This document shows, piece after piece, positions 37,928-47,312 of a DNA stretch of 64,000 nucleotides. The stretch lies in the NCBI GenBank assembly GCA_040290255.1, contig PSMU01000001.1:320001-384000 (forward strand), given 5' to 3'. The stretch is from Nitrososphaerota archaeon. GTDB lineage: Archaea > Thermoproteota > Nitrososphaeria > PSMU01. Each line of letters starts with the position of its first letter. Within the stretch, counting starts at the first letter, position 1. Both the position numbers and the translations under genes were made by a program. Under the pieces are notes generated by a model. The model did no database searches, was not told the origin of the DNA, and saw only the letters and a program-made list of their open reading frames with translations.

Positions 37928-38428
37928 ATGGCAGAGCCGGAGTATAGGGATAGAGAGCTGGAGAACCTCCTGGGCCAGTTCCTAGTGGCCTCCTTTCAGA
38001 GCGAAAAGCTGGCCGAGCTGATCTACGACAGGCTGCGCTTCAGGAACACGGCCAAGGAGATGAAGGTGCTGCTGACCAGCAGCTTCAGCTCAAGGCCCCC
38101 GCTGCTCATCACGATAAGGGTGGAGCCCTATAACCCGCTTCCACAGGAGAAGGGGCAGGCCGAGGCCGAGGCGCTCAGGGCCTTCTGCGTGCTGGAGAGC
38201 CCGCCGCTCCACGTGGCGCCCGGCGATGTTAAGAATGAGGTCGAGGAGATCGTGGCCGGCAGCCTGAGGTGGTGGAGCAGCCAAGGGCACCACCATTACC
38301 TTAAGCTCGACGAATGGCGCACATCGATCTACTTGGTGACGGCCAGGGACTATAGGGAGGCCAGGGAGGTGCACAGGATCCTGCAGGCGCTCGAAGCTAA
38401 GAGGAAGGGCGAGGCCTCGGGCCCCTAG
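37928..38428 (+). CDS. Hypothetical protein
   Basis: 166-aa ORF with strong host codon bias filling the gap; no motif recognised. Confidence 0.7.
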   Translation: MAEPEYRDRELENLLGQFLVASFQSEKLAELIYDRLRFRNTAKEMKVLLTSSFSSRPPLLITIRVEPYNPLPQEKGQAEAEALRAFCVLESPPLHVAPGDVKNEVEEIVAGSLRWWSSQGHHHYLKLDEWRTSIYLVTARDYREAREVHRILQALEAKRKGEASGP

Positions 38429-38491
38429 GCCCCGCTCTGCTGCCAATTTTTCGAAAGCCTTAAAAGAGGTGAGCCTGGGCTATGGGCCAGC

Positions 38492-38659
38492 ATGGTAATA
38501 CATGGCTCAATCACCAAGGCGGGCAAGGTCAGGGCGCAGACGCCCAAGATACCGCCCAGGCCCAAGAAGAGCCCCATACCGAAGCACAGGGTGGCCAGAA
38601 ACTACCACGTTAGGTTCCTGCTGAAGAGGAGGCCCGGGCAGCGGGCGCCGGGCGGCTAG
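38492..38659 (+). CDS. rps30e: 30S ribosomal protein S30e
   Basis: Manual translation MVIHGSITKAGKVRAQTPKIPPRPKK (not in the ORF track). Confidence 0.95.
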   Translation: MVIHGSITKAGKVRAQTPKIPPRPKKSPIPKHRVARNYHVRFLLKRRPGQRAPGG

Positions 38660-38695
38660 GCTCACCTTTAACTTAACCCCCTTGCTTATCCTGTC

Positions 38696-40030
38696 GTGGA
38701 GCAGGACCCGCTACAGGGCTATACGGGCGAGGCCAGGAGCTACCTGGAGCGCAGGGGGGTAAAGGTGGGCGACCTGCTCAGGCTGAGGTTCAGGGGCGCC
38801 GAGATCAAGGGCACGTTGATGCCCCGCTATGGGCTGTACGCGGAGGCCAAGCTCGTGATCAAGCTGCCCAATGGGTACAATGTGGGCATCGACCTGGCCA
38901 GCATAGAGGGGCTGGAGAAGGCCGGCGAGGCAAGGGCACCTTCCTTCATCCCTCCTCCTTCGCCCTCGCCCCCTCCCTCGCTGCCCAGGGTCCGCCTCAT
39001 AGGCACGGGCGGCACCATCGCGAGCAGGATCGATTATGAGACGGGGGCCGTGCACGCCTTCCTGGACGCCTCTTCGCTCTACTCATCCTACCCCGAGCTG
39101 GCGAGCGTAGCGCTGCTGGAGCCCGTGCAGCTGTTCAACCTCTACAGCGAGGACATAGGCCCTGGGCACTGGAGCAGGATGGCGGAGGAGATCTGGAGGG
39201 GCGGAGAGGAGGCCCAGGGCTTCGTGGTGGCCCACGGCACGGACACGATGGGCTACACCGCGGCGGCGCTCAGCTTCTCGCTCAGGCACTTGGACAGGCC
39301 CGTTGTGCTGGTGGGCGCGCAGCGCTCCAGCGATAGGCCCTCCTCCGATTCCTTCACGAACCTGCTGGCCGCGATAAGGTTCGCCGCCCAGGCCCCCTGC
39401 GCGGGCGTCTTCGTGGCGATGCACGAGAGCCCCAGCGACCAGAGGATCGCCGTGCACCTGGGCACGCGGGTAAGGAAGTGCCATACCAGCAGGAGGGATG
39501 CCTTCCGCTCCATCTCCATTCCCCCCGTGGGATATGTGGAGGGCGACAGGATCGCGCTCAGGCCCGGGCTCAGGGCCAGGGGGGAGGGCAAGGGGGGCGG
39601 GCTGCTTAACAAGTTCGAGGAGAGGGTGGCGCTGTTGAAGTTCTATCCGGGCATGAGGCCCGAGCAGCTGCTCTGGCTAAAGGAGGCGGGCTATAGGGGG
39701 GTCGTGCTGGAGGGCACGGGCCTGGGGCATGTGGCGCACCACCTTATCCCCGCGCTCAGGGAGCTGAGGGAGAGGGGCCTGCTGGTGGGCATGACCTCAC
39801 AGACGATCTGGGGCAGCCTGAGGATGACCGTGTATGAAACGGGCCGCAGGCTGCTGGAGGCGGGCGTGGTGCCCCTGAACATGATCCCCGAGACGGCGCT
39901 GGTGAAGATGATGTGGGCGCTGGGCAACGCGGGGAGCAGGGAAGGGGCCCTGGAGCTCCTGATGGAGCCCATCGCGGGCGAATTCCTCGAGAGGGAGGTG
40001 GCGGGCGGCCATGGCAGCGGCTCCGAGTAG
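38696..40030 (+). CDS. gatD: Glu-tRNA(Gln) amidotransferase subunit D
   Basis: KLPNGYNVG, TGGTIASRIDYETG, HGTDTM and GAQRSSDRPSSD. Confidence 0.97.
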   Translation: MEQDPLQGYTGEARSYLERRGVKVGDLLRLRFRGAEIKGTLMPRYGLYAEAKLVIKLPNGYNVGIDLASIEGLEKAGEARAPSFIPPPSPSPPPSLPRVRLIGTGGTIASRIDYETGAVHAFLDASSLYSSYPELASVALLEPVQLFNLYSEDIGPGHWSRMAEEIWRGGEEAQGFVVAHGTDTMGYTAAALSFSLRHLDRPVVLVGAQRSSDRPSSDSFTNLLAAIRFAAQAPCAGVFVAMHESPSDQRIAVHLGTRVRKCHTSRRDAFRSISIPPVGYVEGDRIALRPGLRARGEGKGGGLLNKFEERVALLKFYPGMRPEQLLWLKEAGYRGVVLEGTGLGHVAHHLIPALRELRERGLLVGMTSQTIWGSLRMTVYETGRRLLEAGVVPLNMIPETALVKMMWALGNAGSREGALELLMEPIAGEFLEREVAGGHGSGSE

Positions 40031-41939
40031 CGAAGGCGGCCTGAAGGTGGGCCTGGAGGTCCACCAGCAGCTGGCCACGAGGCACAAGCTCTTCTGCGCC
40101 TGTCCCACGCAGGGAAAGGCCGCCCAGGGGCCGGTGGTGGTGAGGAGGCTCAGGCCCACTCAGAGCGAGCTGGGCGAGATAGACCCCGCGGCCAGGTATG
40201 AATTCGAGAGGGGGCTCGAGTACAGGTACATCGCCCCTCCCGAGCTCAGCTGCCTCGTCGAGCTCGACGAGGAGCCGCCCAGGGAGCTCAACAGGGAGGC
40301 GCTGGAGGCCGCGCTCCTGGTGGCGCTGAGGCTCAGGGCCACGGTCGTAGATGAGGTGCACGTGATGAGGAAGATCGTGATCGATGGCTCGAACACCACG
40401 GGCTTTCAGAGGACGGCCGTCATCGCGCTAGGGGGGTGGTTTGAGCATGCGGGCAGGAGGATAGGCGTGCAGACGATAACGCTCGAGGAAGACTCGGCCC
40501 GCCTCGTGGAGGCGGGCGAGGGCTACAGGACCTTCAACCTTGACCGGCTGGGCCTGCCCCTGGTGGAGGTTTCGCTGGAGCCCATCTCAGGGCCGCCCGC
40601 GCTCGTGCAGGAGGTGGCCCTGGCGCTGGGCAGGATCCTCAGGTCCACGAGGAGGGTCGCGAGGGGGCTGGGCACCATCCGGCAGGACCTCAACATCTCC
40701 TTGGGCGGGGGGCCCGTGGTGGAGGTGAAGGGCGTGCAGCAGCTCGAGCTCGTGGGCAAGGTCGTGGACTACGAGCACAGGAGGCAGCTCTGGCTTCGCA
40801 GGCTGGCGCAGGAGCTGAGGGGCATGGGGTTCGAGGAGAGGGCGAAGGAGCTGAGGCCCCTTGAGGTGACGCCGCTGGTGCTGGGGGGCTCGGGCCCGCT
40901 GGCAAAGGCGGCGGGCAGGGGCGAGCCCGTCTTTGCCCTCCCGCTTCCCCTCTTGGCCGGCAGGCTGGGGAGAGGGCCCTCGCCCGACCTGAGGTTGGGC
41001 CTGGAGCTGGCCGACGTGGCCAGGGCCTTCGGCCTTGGCGGCATAATCCACTCGGACGAGCTTCCGGGCTACGGGCTGGAGGGGGGCGCGGTGGAGCGGA
41101 TCAGGGCCCAGCTGGGGCTCGATGCGCGCGACGGCTTCCTGCTGCTGGCCGGGCCCCAGCCCAGGCTCTTCCTGGCCCTGGAGGCCCTGGCCAAAAGGGT
41201 TAGGGCGCTGGGCGAGGGGGTGCCCGCGGAGACCAGGGGGCCCACGCCCGAAGGGCGAACGCGCTACCAGCGCCCGCGCCCTGGCGCGGCGAGGCTTTAT
41301 CCTGAGACGGACATACCCCCCATACCCGTGCCTCGAGCCTGGCTCAGGGAGCTGGAGGCGGCGCTGCCGCCGGGCTGGGAGGAGGAGGTGGCCCGGCTCA
41401 GGGCCCTCTACGGGCTCAGCGCCCAGCTGGCCGAGAAGCTCTACGATAGCGACTACCTGGCGCTCTTTGAGGCCCTCTGCGCCCCTCGGCGCCTCGCCCC
41501 CTCCTTCGTGGCCTCTCTTCTCACCGATGGCCTCGTGACGTTGAGGCGAGAGGGCCTGCCCGTGCAGGAGGTGGAGGAAACCACGCTCAGGGAGCTCGTC
41601 TCGCTCGTGGAGCAGGGCAGGGTGGCGAAGGAGGCGGCGCTCGACCTGCTGCGCGCGAAGCTGAAGGGGGGCTACGCGACGGTACAGGAGGCCCTCGAGG
41701 CCCTGAAGATCAGGCCGATGGGCGAGGAGGAGCTGAAGGCCCACCTGAGGCGCCTGGTGGACAGAAACGAGGAGGTGATAGCCCAAAGGGGCGAGAGGGC
41801 CCTCTCCGCCCTGATGGGGGAGGCCATGGCGGAGCTAAGGGGCAGGGCCGACGGGGCGCTTGTAAACAGCCTGTTAACCCGGCTGCTCAAGGAGAAGCTC
41901 GAGCAGCTGGGCCGGTCCCAAAAGGTTAAAAGCAAATAA
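40011..41939 (+). CDS. gatE: Glu-tRNA(Gln) amidotransferase subunit E
   Basis: GLEVHQQL, LRPTQSELGE, MRKIVIDGSNTTGFQRT and RPRPGAARLYPETD. Confidence 0.97.
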   Translation: MAAAPSSEGGLKVGLEVHQQLATRHKLFCACPTQGKAAQGPVVVRRLRPTQSELGEIDPAARYEFERGLEYRYIAPPELSCLVELDEEPPRELNREALEAALLVALRLRATVVDEVHVMRKIVIDGSNTTGFQRTAVIALGGWFEHAGRRIGVQTITLEEDSARLVEAGEGYRTFNLDRLGLPLVEVSLEPISGPPALVQEVALALGRILRSTRRVARGLGTIRQDLNISLGGGPVVEVKGVQQLELVGKVVDYEHRRQLWLRRLAQELRGMGFEERAKELRPLEVTPLVLGGSGPLAKAAGRGEPVFALPLPLLAGRLGRGPSPDLRLGLELADVARAFGLGGIIHSDELPGYGLEGGAVERIRAQLGLDARDGFLLLAGPQPRLFLALEALAKRVRALGEGVPAETRGPTPEGRTRYQRPRPGAARLYPETDIPPIPVPRAWLRELEAALPPGWEEEVARLRALYGLSAQLAEKLYDSDYLALFEALCAPRRLAPSFVASLLTDGLVTLRREGLPVQEVEETTLRELVSLVEQGRVAKEAALDLLRAKLKGGYATVQEALEALKIRPMGEEELKAHLRRLVDRNEEVIAQRGERALSALMGEAMAELRGRADGALVNSLLTRLLKEKLEQLGRSQKVKSK

Positions 41940-41955
41940 CTTCACGGAATTTGCA

Positions 41956-42402
41956 ATGGCTTCGCCGCCTATAAGGCTCAGGATGAAGATAGGAGCAAAT
42001 GAAGTGGAAATAGAGGCCCCCCTGGAGCTCTGGGAGGAGGCCATGGAGAAGGTCGACCTGCTGCTGGACAGGATCACGCAGGCCTCCGCCGCGGGGCCCA
42101 CGACCCCCGCTCCCCCCAGCTCGCCCCCCGAGCTCCCCTCCGTCAAGATCGACCCGAAGATGTCGCTGACGGAAATACTCGAAAGGTTCTTCTCGGACCC
42201 CTGGGGCAGCAAGCCCCGGCGCCTGGGCGATGTTAGGTCGGTGCTGCACTCCTATGGCCTCACGTACCCTAAATCCTCGGTGGCCGTGGCGCTGCTGCGC
42301 CTTGCCCAGGCGGGCAAGATCAGGCGGTTCAAGGAGGGCAACGAGTACGTGTACGTGGCCGCGCATCCTCCTCTTTCATCGCCCCCTGAGGCCGTGGCAT
42401 GA
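41956..42402 (+). CDS. Hypothetical protein: N-terminal beta-hairpin module plus C-terminal winged helix
   Basis: IRLRMKIGANEVEIEAP, Pro-rich linker, and PRRLGDV...VAVALLRLAQAGKIRR wHTH. Confidence 0.75.
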   Translation: MASPPIRLRMKIGANEVEIEAPLELWEEAMEKVDLLLDRITQASAAGPTTPAPPSSPPELPSVKIDPKMSLTEILERFFSDPWGSKPRRLGDVRSVLHSYGLTYPKSSVAVALLRLAQAGKIRRFKEGNEYVYVAAHPPLSSPPEAVA

Positions 42403-42926
42403 GCGAGGAGATAGAGGCGGAGCTCGTCATCGGCGAGGTGAGGACAAGGTTCAGGGGCCCCGCCGAGAGGCTCATGTCCTTCCTGCTGGAGTTCGCCGCT
42501 AAGTACGTGCCCCAGCTGCAGCTGGCCTCAAAGCTCTGCCTCAGCTATTCGCTGGCGGAGCTGGCGGAGAAGTTCGGCGACTACGTAAAGATAACGCCCG
42601 AGGGCCCCCGCGTCATGGCGGACGAAAGGCTCTCGGACAAGGCGCAGGTGGCGCTGCAGCTGCTGGCCCAGCGGATCGCCAAGGAGCTGGGCAGGGCCCC
42701 CACGGACGCCCTTCAGGTCAAGGAGATCTGCCAGCTCACGGGCCTAAAGGAGAAGTCCGTGAGCTCCCGGCTGAGCGAGATGAGCTTAGAGCAGCACGTG
42801 GAGAGGGTGAAGGAGGGGAAGGCCGTAAAGTACAGGCTGGCAACGCTGGGCATAAAGTGGCTCGAGGAGTATATCAGGAAGCAGCTGAAGGCCCCTGCCC
42901 CGGCGGCCTCTTCTGTATATACGTAA
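42399..42926 (+). CDS. Hypothetical protein with C-terminal winged helix
   Basis: IEAELVIGEVRTRFRGP N-module and EICQLTGLKEKSVSSRLSEM HTH. Confidence 0.75.
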   Translation: MSEEIEAELVIGEVRTRFRGPAERLMSFLLEFAAKYVPQLQLASKLCLSYSLAELAEKFGDYVKITPEGPRVMADERLSDKAQVALQLLAQRIAKELGRAPTDALQVKEICQLTGLKEKSVSSRLSEMSLEQHVERVKEGKAVKYRLATLGIKWLEEYIRKQLKAPAPAASSVYT

Positions 42927-43356
42927 AGCGCCTGGGCTCGCCCCTTCGCGCCAGCAGCCCCTCCCTCACGAGCTCCGCCAATACGTGAGCTATGGCGGAG
43001 CGGTCATAGTTGTAGCCCCTCTTCCTGAGCTCTAGGTCCACCTCGCTCAGCACCCTCTCTTGGGAGAACCAGCCCTCGCTCCAGAGCCGCTCCACGAGCC
43101 CCCTGCACGTCGCCGCCGGCTTGAGGGGCTCGGCCCTGGCCTCCTGCTCCAGCTTTGGAGGGGGCTGGGCCCTGGCCATCCCGGCCAGCACGTCTTCGAC
43201 CACCTCCCTAACCCTGGCCGCCGGCGCCTCCACCTCGATCGTCCAGTCGCCGTGCCTCAGCACTATCCTTACCTTCTCGGGCTCCTCCTGCTTGCGCTCA
43301 GGGGTCCCCGCGCCCTCATCTTGTTGTTGCGCATCTTGCGCAACATTTATAAGCAC
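42874..43356 (-). CDS. Hypothetical winged-helix protein, paralog of 41956
   Basis: VRIVLRHGDWTIEVEAP and LWSEGWF...RVLSEV...RGYNYDRSAIAHVLAELVREGLL; start uncertain. Confidence 0.75.
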   Translation of the reverse strand: MLINVAQDAQQQDEGAGTPERKQEEPEKVRIVLRHGDWTIEVEAPAARVREVVEDVLAGMARAQPPPKLEQEARAEPLKPAATCRGLVERLWSEGWFSQERVLSEVDLELRKRGYNYDRSAIAHVLAELVREGLLARRGEPRRFTYIQKRPPGQGPSAAS

Positions 43357-43382
43357 GGCACTTGCACCTGTTGTTGGGCAAC
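43322..43382. promoter_or_regulatory. Divergent promoter with palindrome and direct repeat
   Basis: TGTTGCGCA-tct-TGCGCAACA at 43325-43345; TGTTGTTG(C/G)GCA at 43322 and 43369; TATA-like 'atttataag'. Confidence 0.5.
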
Positions 43383-43403
43383 TTGAACAACCAAATAAAG
43401 CTT

Positions 43404-44351
43404 ATGGCCGTCCTTGACCCTCCTCTCCCCTTCAACGCGGGCCTGGAGGAGCTGGTGAAGGCGGAGGTGATCTTCCTGAGGGGGGAGCAGGAGCCCGAGC
43501 CGCTCTTCGCGGCGCAGGGGGGGCCTCTCTTTCGCCGCGTTTCGGGCGAGGGCAGGGGCGCCCGGGTGGCGGCCGTCGACTCCTCCTGCAGGAGGATAGG
43601 CGAGACGCTCAGGGGCACCATCTACGCCACAAGGGTCGCCTGCGTGCTCTGCCGCGAGAAGAAGGTGCTGGGCCACATGAGGCTGGGCCCCTTCCTGAGT
43701 TACCTGACCGACGATATGCTGGCCAGGCTCGCGCGCCCGCTGCCGCTGCAGGATCTGCTGGCGGTGGACCCAGGCTTTGCTGAGAGGTTCCTGAGGCGCA
43801 TGGCGGAGAGGTGGCTGCAGCGCCAGCTGGTGTTGGAAGGGGAGCTGGACTACTTGCTAATCGATGGTCCGCTGACCTTTCCCCTGCCCGAGCCCCCGCC
43901 CTATGGCCTGAGGGCGCTGCTCGATGAGGCCAGGAAGAGGGGCACGGCGCTTTTGGGCCTATCGAAGACGACGCGCCTCAGGGCGCTGATGAAGGCCCTC
44001 TCTTATCTGGGCCGCGCTGAAGATGCGCCCTGCTACATGAAGGTGAGGGAGCCGGATGCGGGGGCCATAGCCACCTACGTGGTGCGCCTCACCAAGGGGG
44101 GCGAGTGCTTCAGGCTGGACCTGGATGAGCGGGCCTGCACGATCGAAGGGGCGCTGCTGGACCTGAGGCGCAACGATGCCCTGACCGCGGGCTATCCGGA
44201 GGGGCTCCGGCTAGCCCATCACCTCTGCGTCATAGGCGACGTGGATATGGCCTCGGTGGCAAGCTACATCATGGCCAAGCTGGGCGCCCAGCAGGTCTCC
44301 TTCCTGCCGAGGAGAAGGCTGCTCCTCCCCGTGCCGGGGCCCAGGGCATGA
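43404..44351 (+). CDS. NurA-family nuclease
   Basis: AAVDSS, LLIDGPL, GLSKTT and GYPEGLRLAHH motifs. Confidence 0.85.
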   Translation: MAVLDPPLPFNAGLEELVKAEVIFLRGEQEPEPLFAAQGGPLFRRVSGEGRGARVAAVDSSCRRIGETLRGTIYATRVACVLCREKKVLGHMRLGPFLSYLTDDMLARLARPLPLQDLLAVDPGFAERFLRRMAERWLQRQLVLEGELDYLLIDGPLTFPLPEPPPYGLRALLDEARKRGTALLGLSKTTRLRALMKALSYLGRAEDAPCYMKVREPDAGAIATYVVRLTKGGECFRLDLDERACTIEGALLDLRRNDALTAGYPEGLRLAHHLCVIGDVDMASVASYIMAKLGAQQVSFLPRRRLLLPVPGPRA

Positions 44352-45799
44352 AGCTGCTGCAGAAGAGGGGCGATGAAGTGCTCCTGCTCTGCTCGCCGCG
44401 GGAGGAGGTGAGCCTGGGCGAGTACCTCTCGGTGAGCGATGGCGGGGGAAGGGCGCTGATCGTCCAGGCCTATGAGCAGTCATACCTCGAGTACCCGGGC
44501 ATGCTGGAGGAGCTGGTGAGGGAGGAGATCGTGGAGTCGCTGGGCCAGGGCGAGGAGCGGGATCCCCTGGAGATAAGGAACTTCAACCAGCTGCTCAGGG
44601 ACCTAAAGCTGGTGAGGTGCAAGGTGAGGGGCGTGCTGAGCGGCGGCAGGCTGAGCCTGGAGGCGGGCTGGCTTCCATCCAGGTCGAGGGCGCTGGTGAG
44701 GAGAGTGAGCATGCCCGAGCTGCTCCGCGCCCAGGGCGTGCAGAGCCGGAGGCCGCTGAAGCTGGGCGAGGCCCAGGGGGAGGAGCACTCCATCTGCTGG
44801 GAGGACCTGGATGGCAAGCTCACGCTCATCCTGGGCAGGAAGGAGACGGGCAAGTCGCACCTGGCCAAGCTGCTGGCGACGGGCCTTGTCCAGGCCGGCG
44901 CGGGCGTGCTCGTCTTCGACATCAACAACGAGTACCTGGCCCTGACCAAGGCGGAGGAGCTGGAGGGCCGGGCCCAGGCGCTCACGCCCTCCTCGAGCCT
45001 GCTCTTTTCGCTTCAGGGCCTGGGCCTCGGCGTCATGGTCAGGATCGTGGAATGGGCCCTCGAGACGCCCGCCATTTCGGTAAGGGAGTTCGCGCGCCTC
45101 TGGAGGGCCTGTGAGGCCGAGGGCCGGCTCACGCTCGATGCCCTGCTCGAGAGGGCCGAGCAGGCGCGCATGAACGAACACGTGAGGGAGGCGCTGGTAT
45201 CGAGGCTGCTGGCGCTCAGGGGCTCCAGGCTCTTCTCTGAATGGCCTAAGCCTCCGGAGCTCTCCTCGCTCTTCTACCGGGAGGGCGGGCAGCTGACCGT
45301 GCTCGCGCTGAGGCACCTGAGCAGGCTCCAGAGGCGCATCCTCGTGGAGGCGCTGCTGGGCAAGGCCCTGGAACTGCTGAGCCTGGAGCGCATCCCGCCC
45401 ATCTTTGTCCTCGCGGAGGAGGCCCACCTGTATTTGGGCGAGACGCACTGGGACGACCTGATCACCAGGATGAGGCACTACGGCATCTTCCCCATCTTCG
45501 TCACCAACCAGCCCGACGCGGTGCCCGAGACGGTATACCGGCAGCTGGACAACCTTTTCCTCTTCAACGTGAATAGCGAGAGGGATGTCGAGCGCATCAG
45601 CGCCTGCCTGGGGCTCGATGCGCAGTCCACGGCGGCCATAGCCAAGGGCCTCCCGATGGGCCACTGCCTCATCGTGGGCCTCGCCTCCCATGGCCTGCCG
45701 GTGGTGAGCAGGATAAGATCGCTGGGGGCGGAGGCGGGCGGCGCCACCCGCAGCTTCCTGGCATGGCAGCAAAAGGCTATTAAGCAAAGCACCTCGTAG
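44348..45799 (+). CDS. HerA/FtsK-family ATPase
   Basis: N-terminal HAS-like barrel, GRKETGKS, FDINNEY, EEAH, RMRHYG and TNQP. Confidence 0.88.
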   Translation: MKLLQKRGDEVLLLCSPREEVSLGEYLSVSDGGGRALIVQAYEQSYLEYPGMLEELVREEIVESLGQGEERDPLEIRNFNQLLRDLKLVRCKVRGVLSGGRLSLEAGWLPSRSRALVRRVSMPELLRAQGVQSRRPLKLGEAQGEEHSICWEDLDGKLTLILGRKETGKSHLAKLLATGLVQAGAGVLVFDINNEYLALTKAEELEGRAQALTPSSSLLFSLQGLGLGVMVRIVEWALETPAISVREFARLWRACEAEGRLTLDALLERAEQARMNEHVREALVSRLLALRGSRLFSEWPKPPELSSLFYREGGQLTVLALRHLSRLQRRILVEALLGKALELLSLERIPPIFVLAEEAHLYLGETHWDDLITRMRHYGIFPIFVTNQPDAVPETVYRQLDNLFLFNVNSERDVERISACLGLDAQSTAAIAKGLPMGHCLIVGLASHGLPVVSRIRSLGAEAGGATRSFLAWQQKAIKQSTS

Positions 45800-45808
45800 C
45801 GGGCCAAG

Positions 45809-46516
45809 TTGTCGCGCCAGCTGAGGGCGACGCTGGAGAGGCTGGCGGGCCACATAGCGCTGCACTCGAACCCCTCATCCGTGCTCCGCCAGCTCAGGCT
45901 GAGGCTTCATCTCAGCCTGACGGAGATGGCGCGGCTCATGCGCATATCGCCCTCAATGGTCTGCGACTACGAGAAGGGCAGGAGGCAGCCGGGCCTCGGG
46001 TACGTGAAGAGGTACGTGGAGGCCATTTCGGTTAAGCTCTCGGAGCTGCAGAGGGGGGCCACGCTGGAGGGCCTGGAGTTCACGGAGCGGCTCAACGAGG
46101 CGATCATGGCCATCGGCGACTACCAGAACTCGATCACGGTGCAGCGCGCGCTGGAGGCGCTGGGGGCGCAGCCCCTGACGCGCTATGAGCCCCAGGCCCC
46201 CCTGTACGGCTACACCGTGCTCGACAGCCTGAAGGCGATCAGGGCCCTGAGCGGCTTCGAGTTCCTGTATATCTTTGGCTCTAACGCGGAGAGGGTCCTG
46301 GTCTTCACGAGGGTGGGCCTGGGCAGGTCGCCCATGGTGGCCGTGAGGATCTCGCCGCTGAAGCCCAGGCTGGTGGTGGTCCACGGGCCGCTGAAGGTGG
46401 ACCCCCTGGCCGTGGAGCTGGCCGAGAGGGATGGCGTGGCGCTGGCCCTCGCCGAGAAGCCCGAGGTTAAGGAGCTGGTGGCGGGCCTGCAGAGGGCCTT
46501 CGCCGAGGGCCTCTAG
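45809..46516 (+). CDS. XRE-family HTH regulator (COG1709-like)
   Basis: SPSMVCDYEKGRR.PG HTH, GYTVLDSLKAI and FTRVGLGRSPMVAVR. Confidence 0.88.
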   Translation: MSRQLRATLERLAGHIALHSNPSSVLRQLRLRLHLSLTEMARLMRISPSMVCDYEKGRRQPGLGYVKRYVEAISVKLSELQRGATLEGLEFTERLNEAIMAIGDYQNSITVQRALEALGAQPLTRYEPQAPLYGYTVLDSLKAIRALSGFEFLYIFGSNAERVLVFTRVGLGRSPMVAVRISPLKPRLVVVHGPLKVDPLAVELAERDGVALALAEKPEVKELVAGLQRAFAEGL

Positions 46517-46517
46517 C

Positions 46518-47312
46518 TTGGCCCCCTGGCTGGACGTGGGCGGCCTGGCCGTGGTGGGGCTCCTGGCCCTGGCCTCTTATGCGTTAAGGGCGCTCACGCC
46601 GGGAGGGGCGCTGCTGGGCTTCCTCCTCGGGTATACCACCTGGCTGGCGGGAGGGCTGCGCTGGTTCCTCCTCTTGCTCGTGACCTTCGCCGCCACGGTG
46701 CAGGCCACGAGGGCGGGCTACCGCCTGAAGAGCCTGAAGGGCATGGCCGAGAAGAGGAGGGGGGCCAGGGGCTGGCTGAACGTGCTGGCGAATGTGGGCC
46801 CCTCCAGCCTGATGGCCCTGCTCTTCGTCCTGGCCCCCTTCCCGGCCACGCCGCTGCTCTTCACCTCCTTCCTCTGCGTCGCCCTGGCCGATACCGTCGC
46901 CACGGAGCTGGGGGGGCTCTCGAGGGGCCCTCCAAGGCTCATCACGCGGCCGTGGGTGAGGGTCCCCCCCGGCACATCGGGGGGCGTGAGCGGCCTGGGC
47001 CTGGGCGCCTCGCTTCTGGCGGCGGCCCTCTTCTCGCTCATGGCCTGGCTGCTGGGCGTGGTGGAGCCCACGCCGCTCGCCTGGTTCGCCGTCTGCCTAG
47101 GCGGCTTCTTGGGCGCGCTGCTCGATAGCCTCCTGGGCGCCACCCTTCAGGAGAGGTTCCTCTGTCCCAACTGCGGCCGCGTGGTGGAGGAGCGCGTGCA
47201 CTGCCTGAGGCTCTGCGAAAGGAGGAGCGGCATCCCGGGCCTCGATAACAACGTGGTGAATATCCTGGCGATAGCCCTGGGGGGCCTGCTGAGCCTGCTG
47301 CTCTTCAGCTGA
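46518..47312 (+). CDS. DUF92/TMEM19 family membrane protein
   Basis: RGWLNVLAN, ADTVATELG, VPPGTSGGVS, DSLLGATLQ and NNVVN. Confidence 0.92.
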   Translation: MAPWLDVGGLAVVGLLALASYALRALTPGGALLGFLLGYTTWLAGGLRWFLLLLVTFAATVQATRAGYRLKSLKGMAEKRRGARGWLNVLANVGPSSLMALLFVLAPFPATPLLFTSFLCVALADTVATELGGLSRGPPRLITRPWVRVPPGTSGGVSGLGLGASLLAAALFSLMAWLLGVVEPTPLAWFAVCLGGFLGALLDSLLGATLQERFLCPNCGRVVEERVHCLRLCERRSGIPGLDNNVVNILAIALGGLLSLLLFS

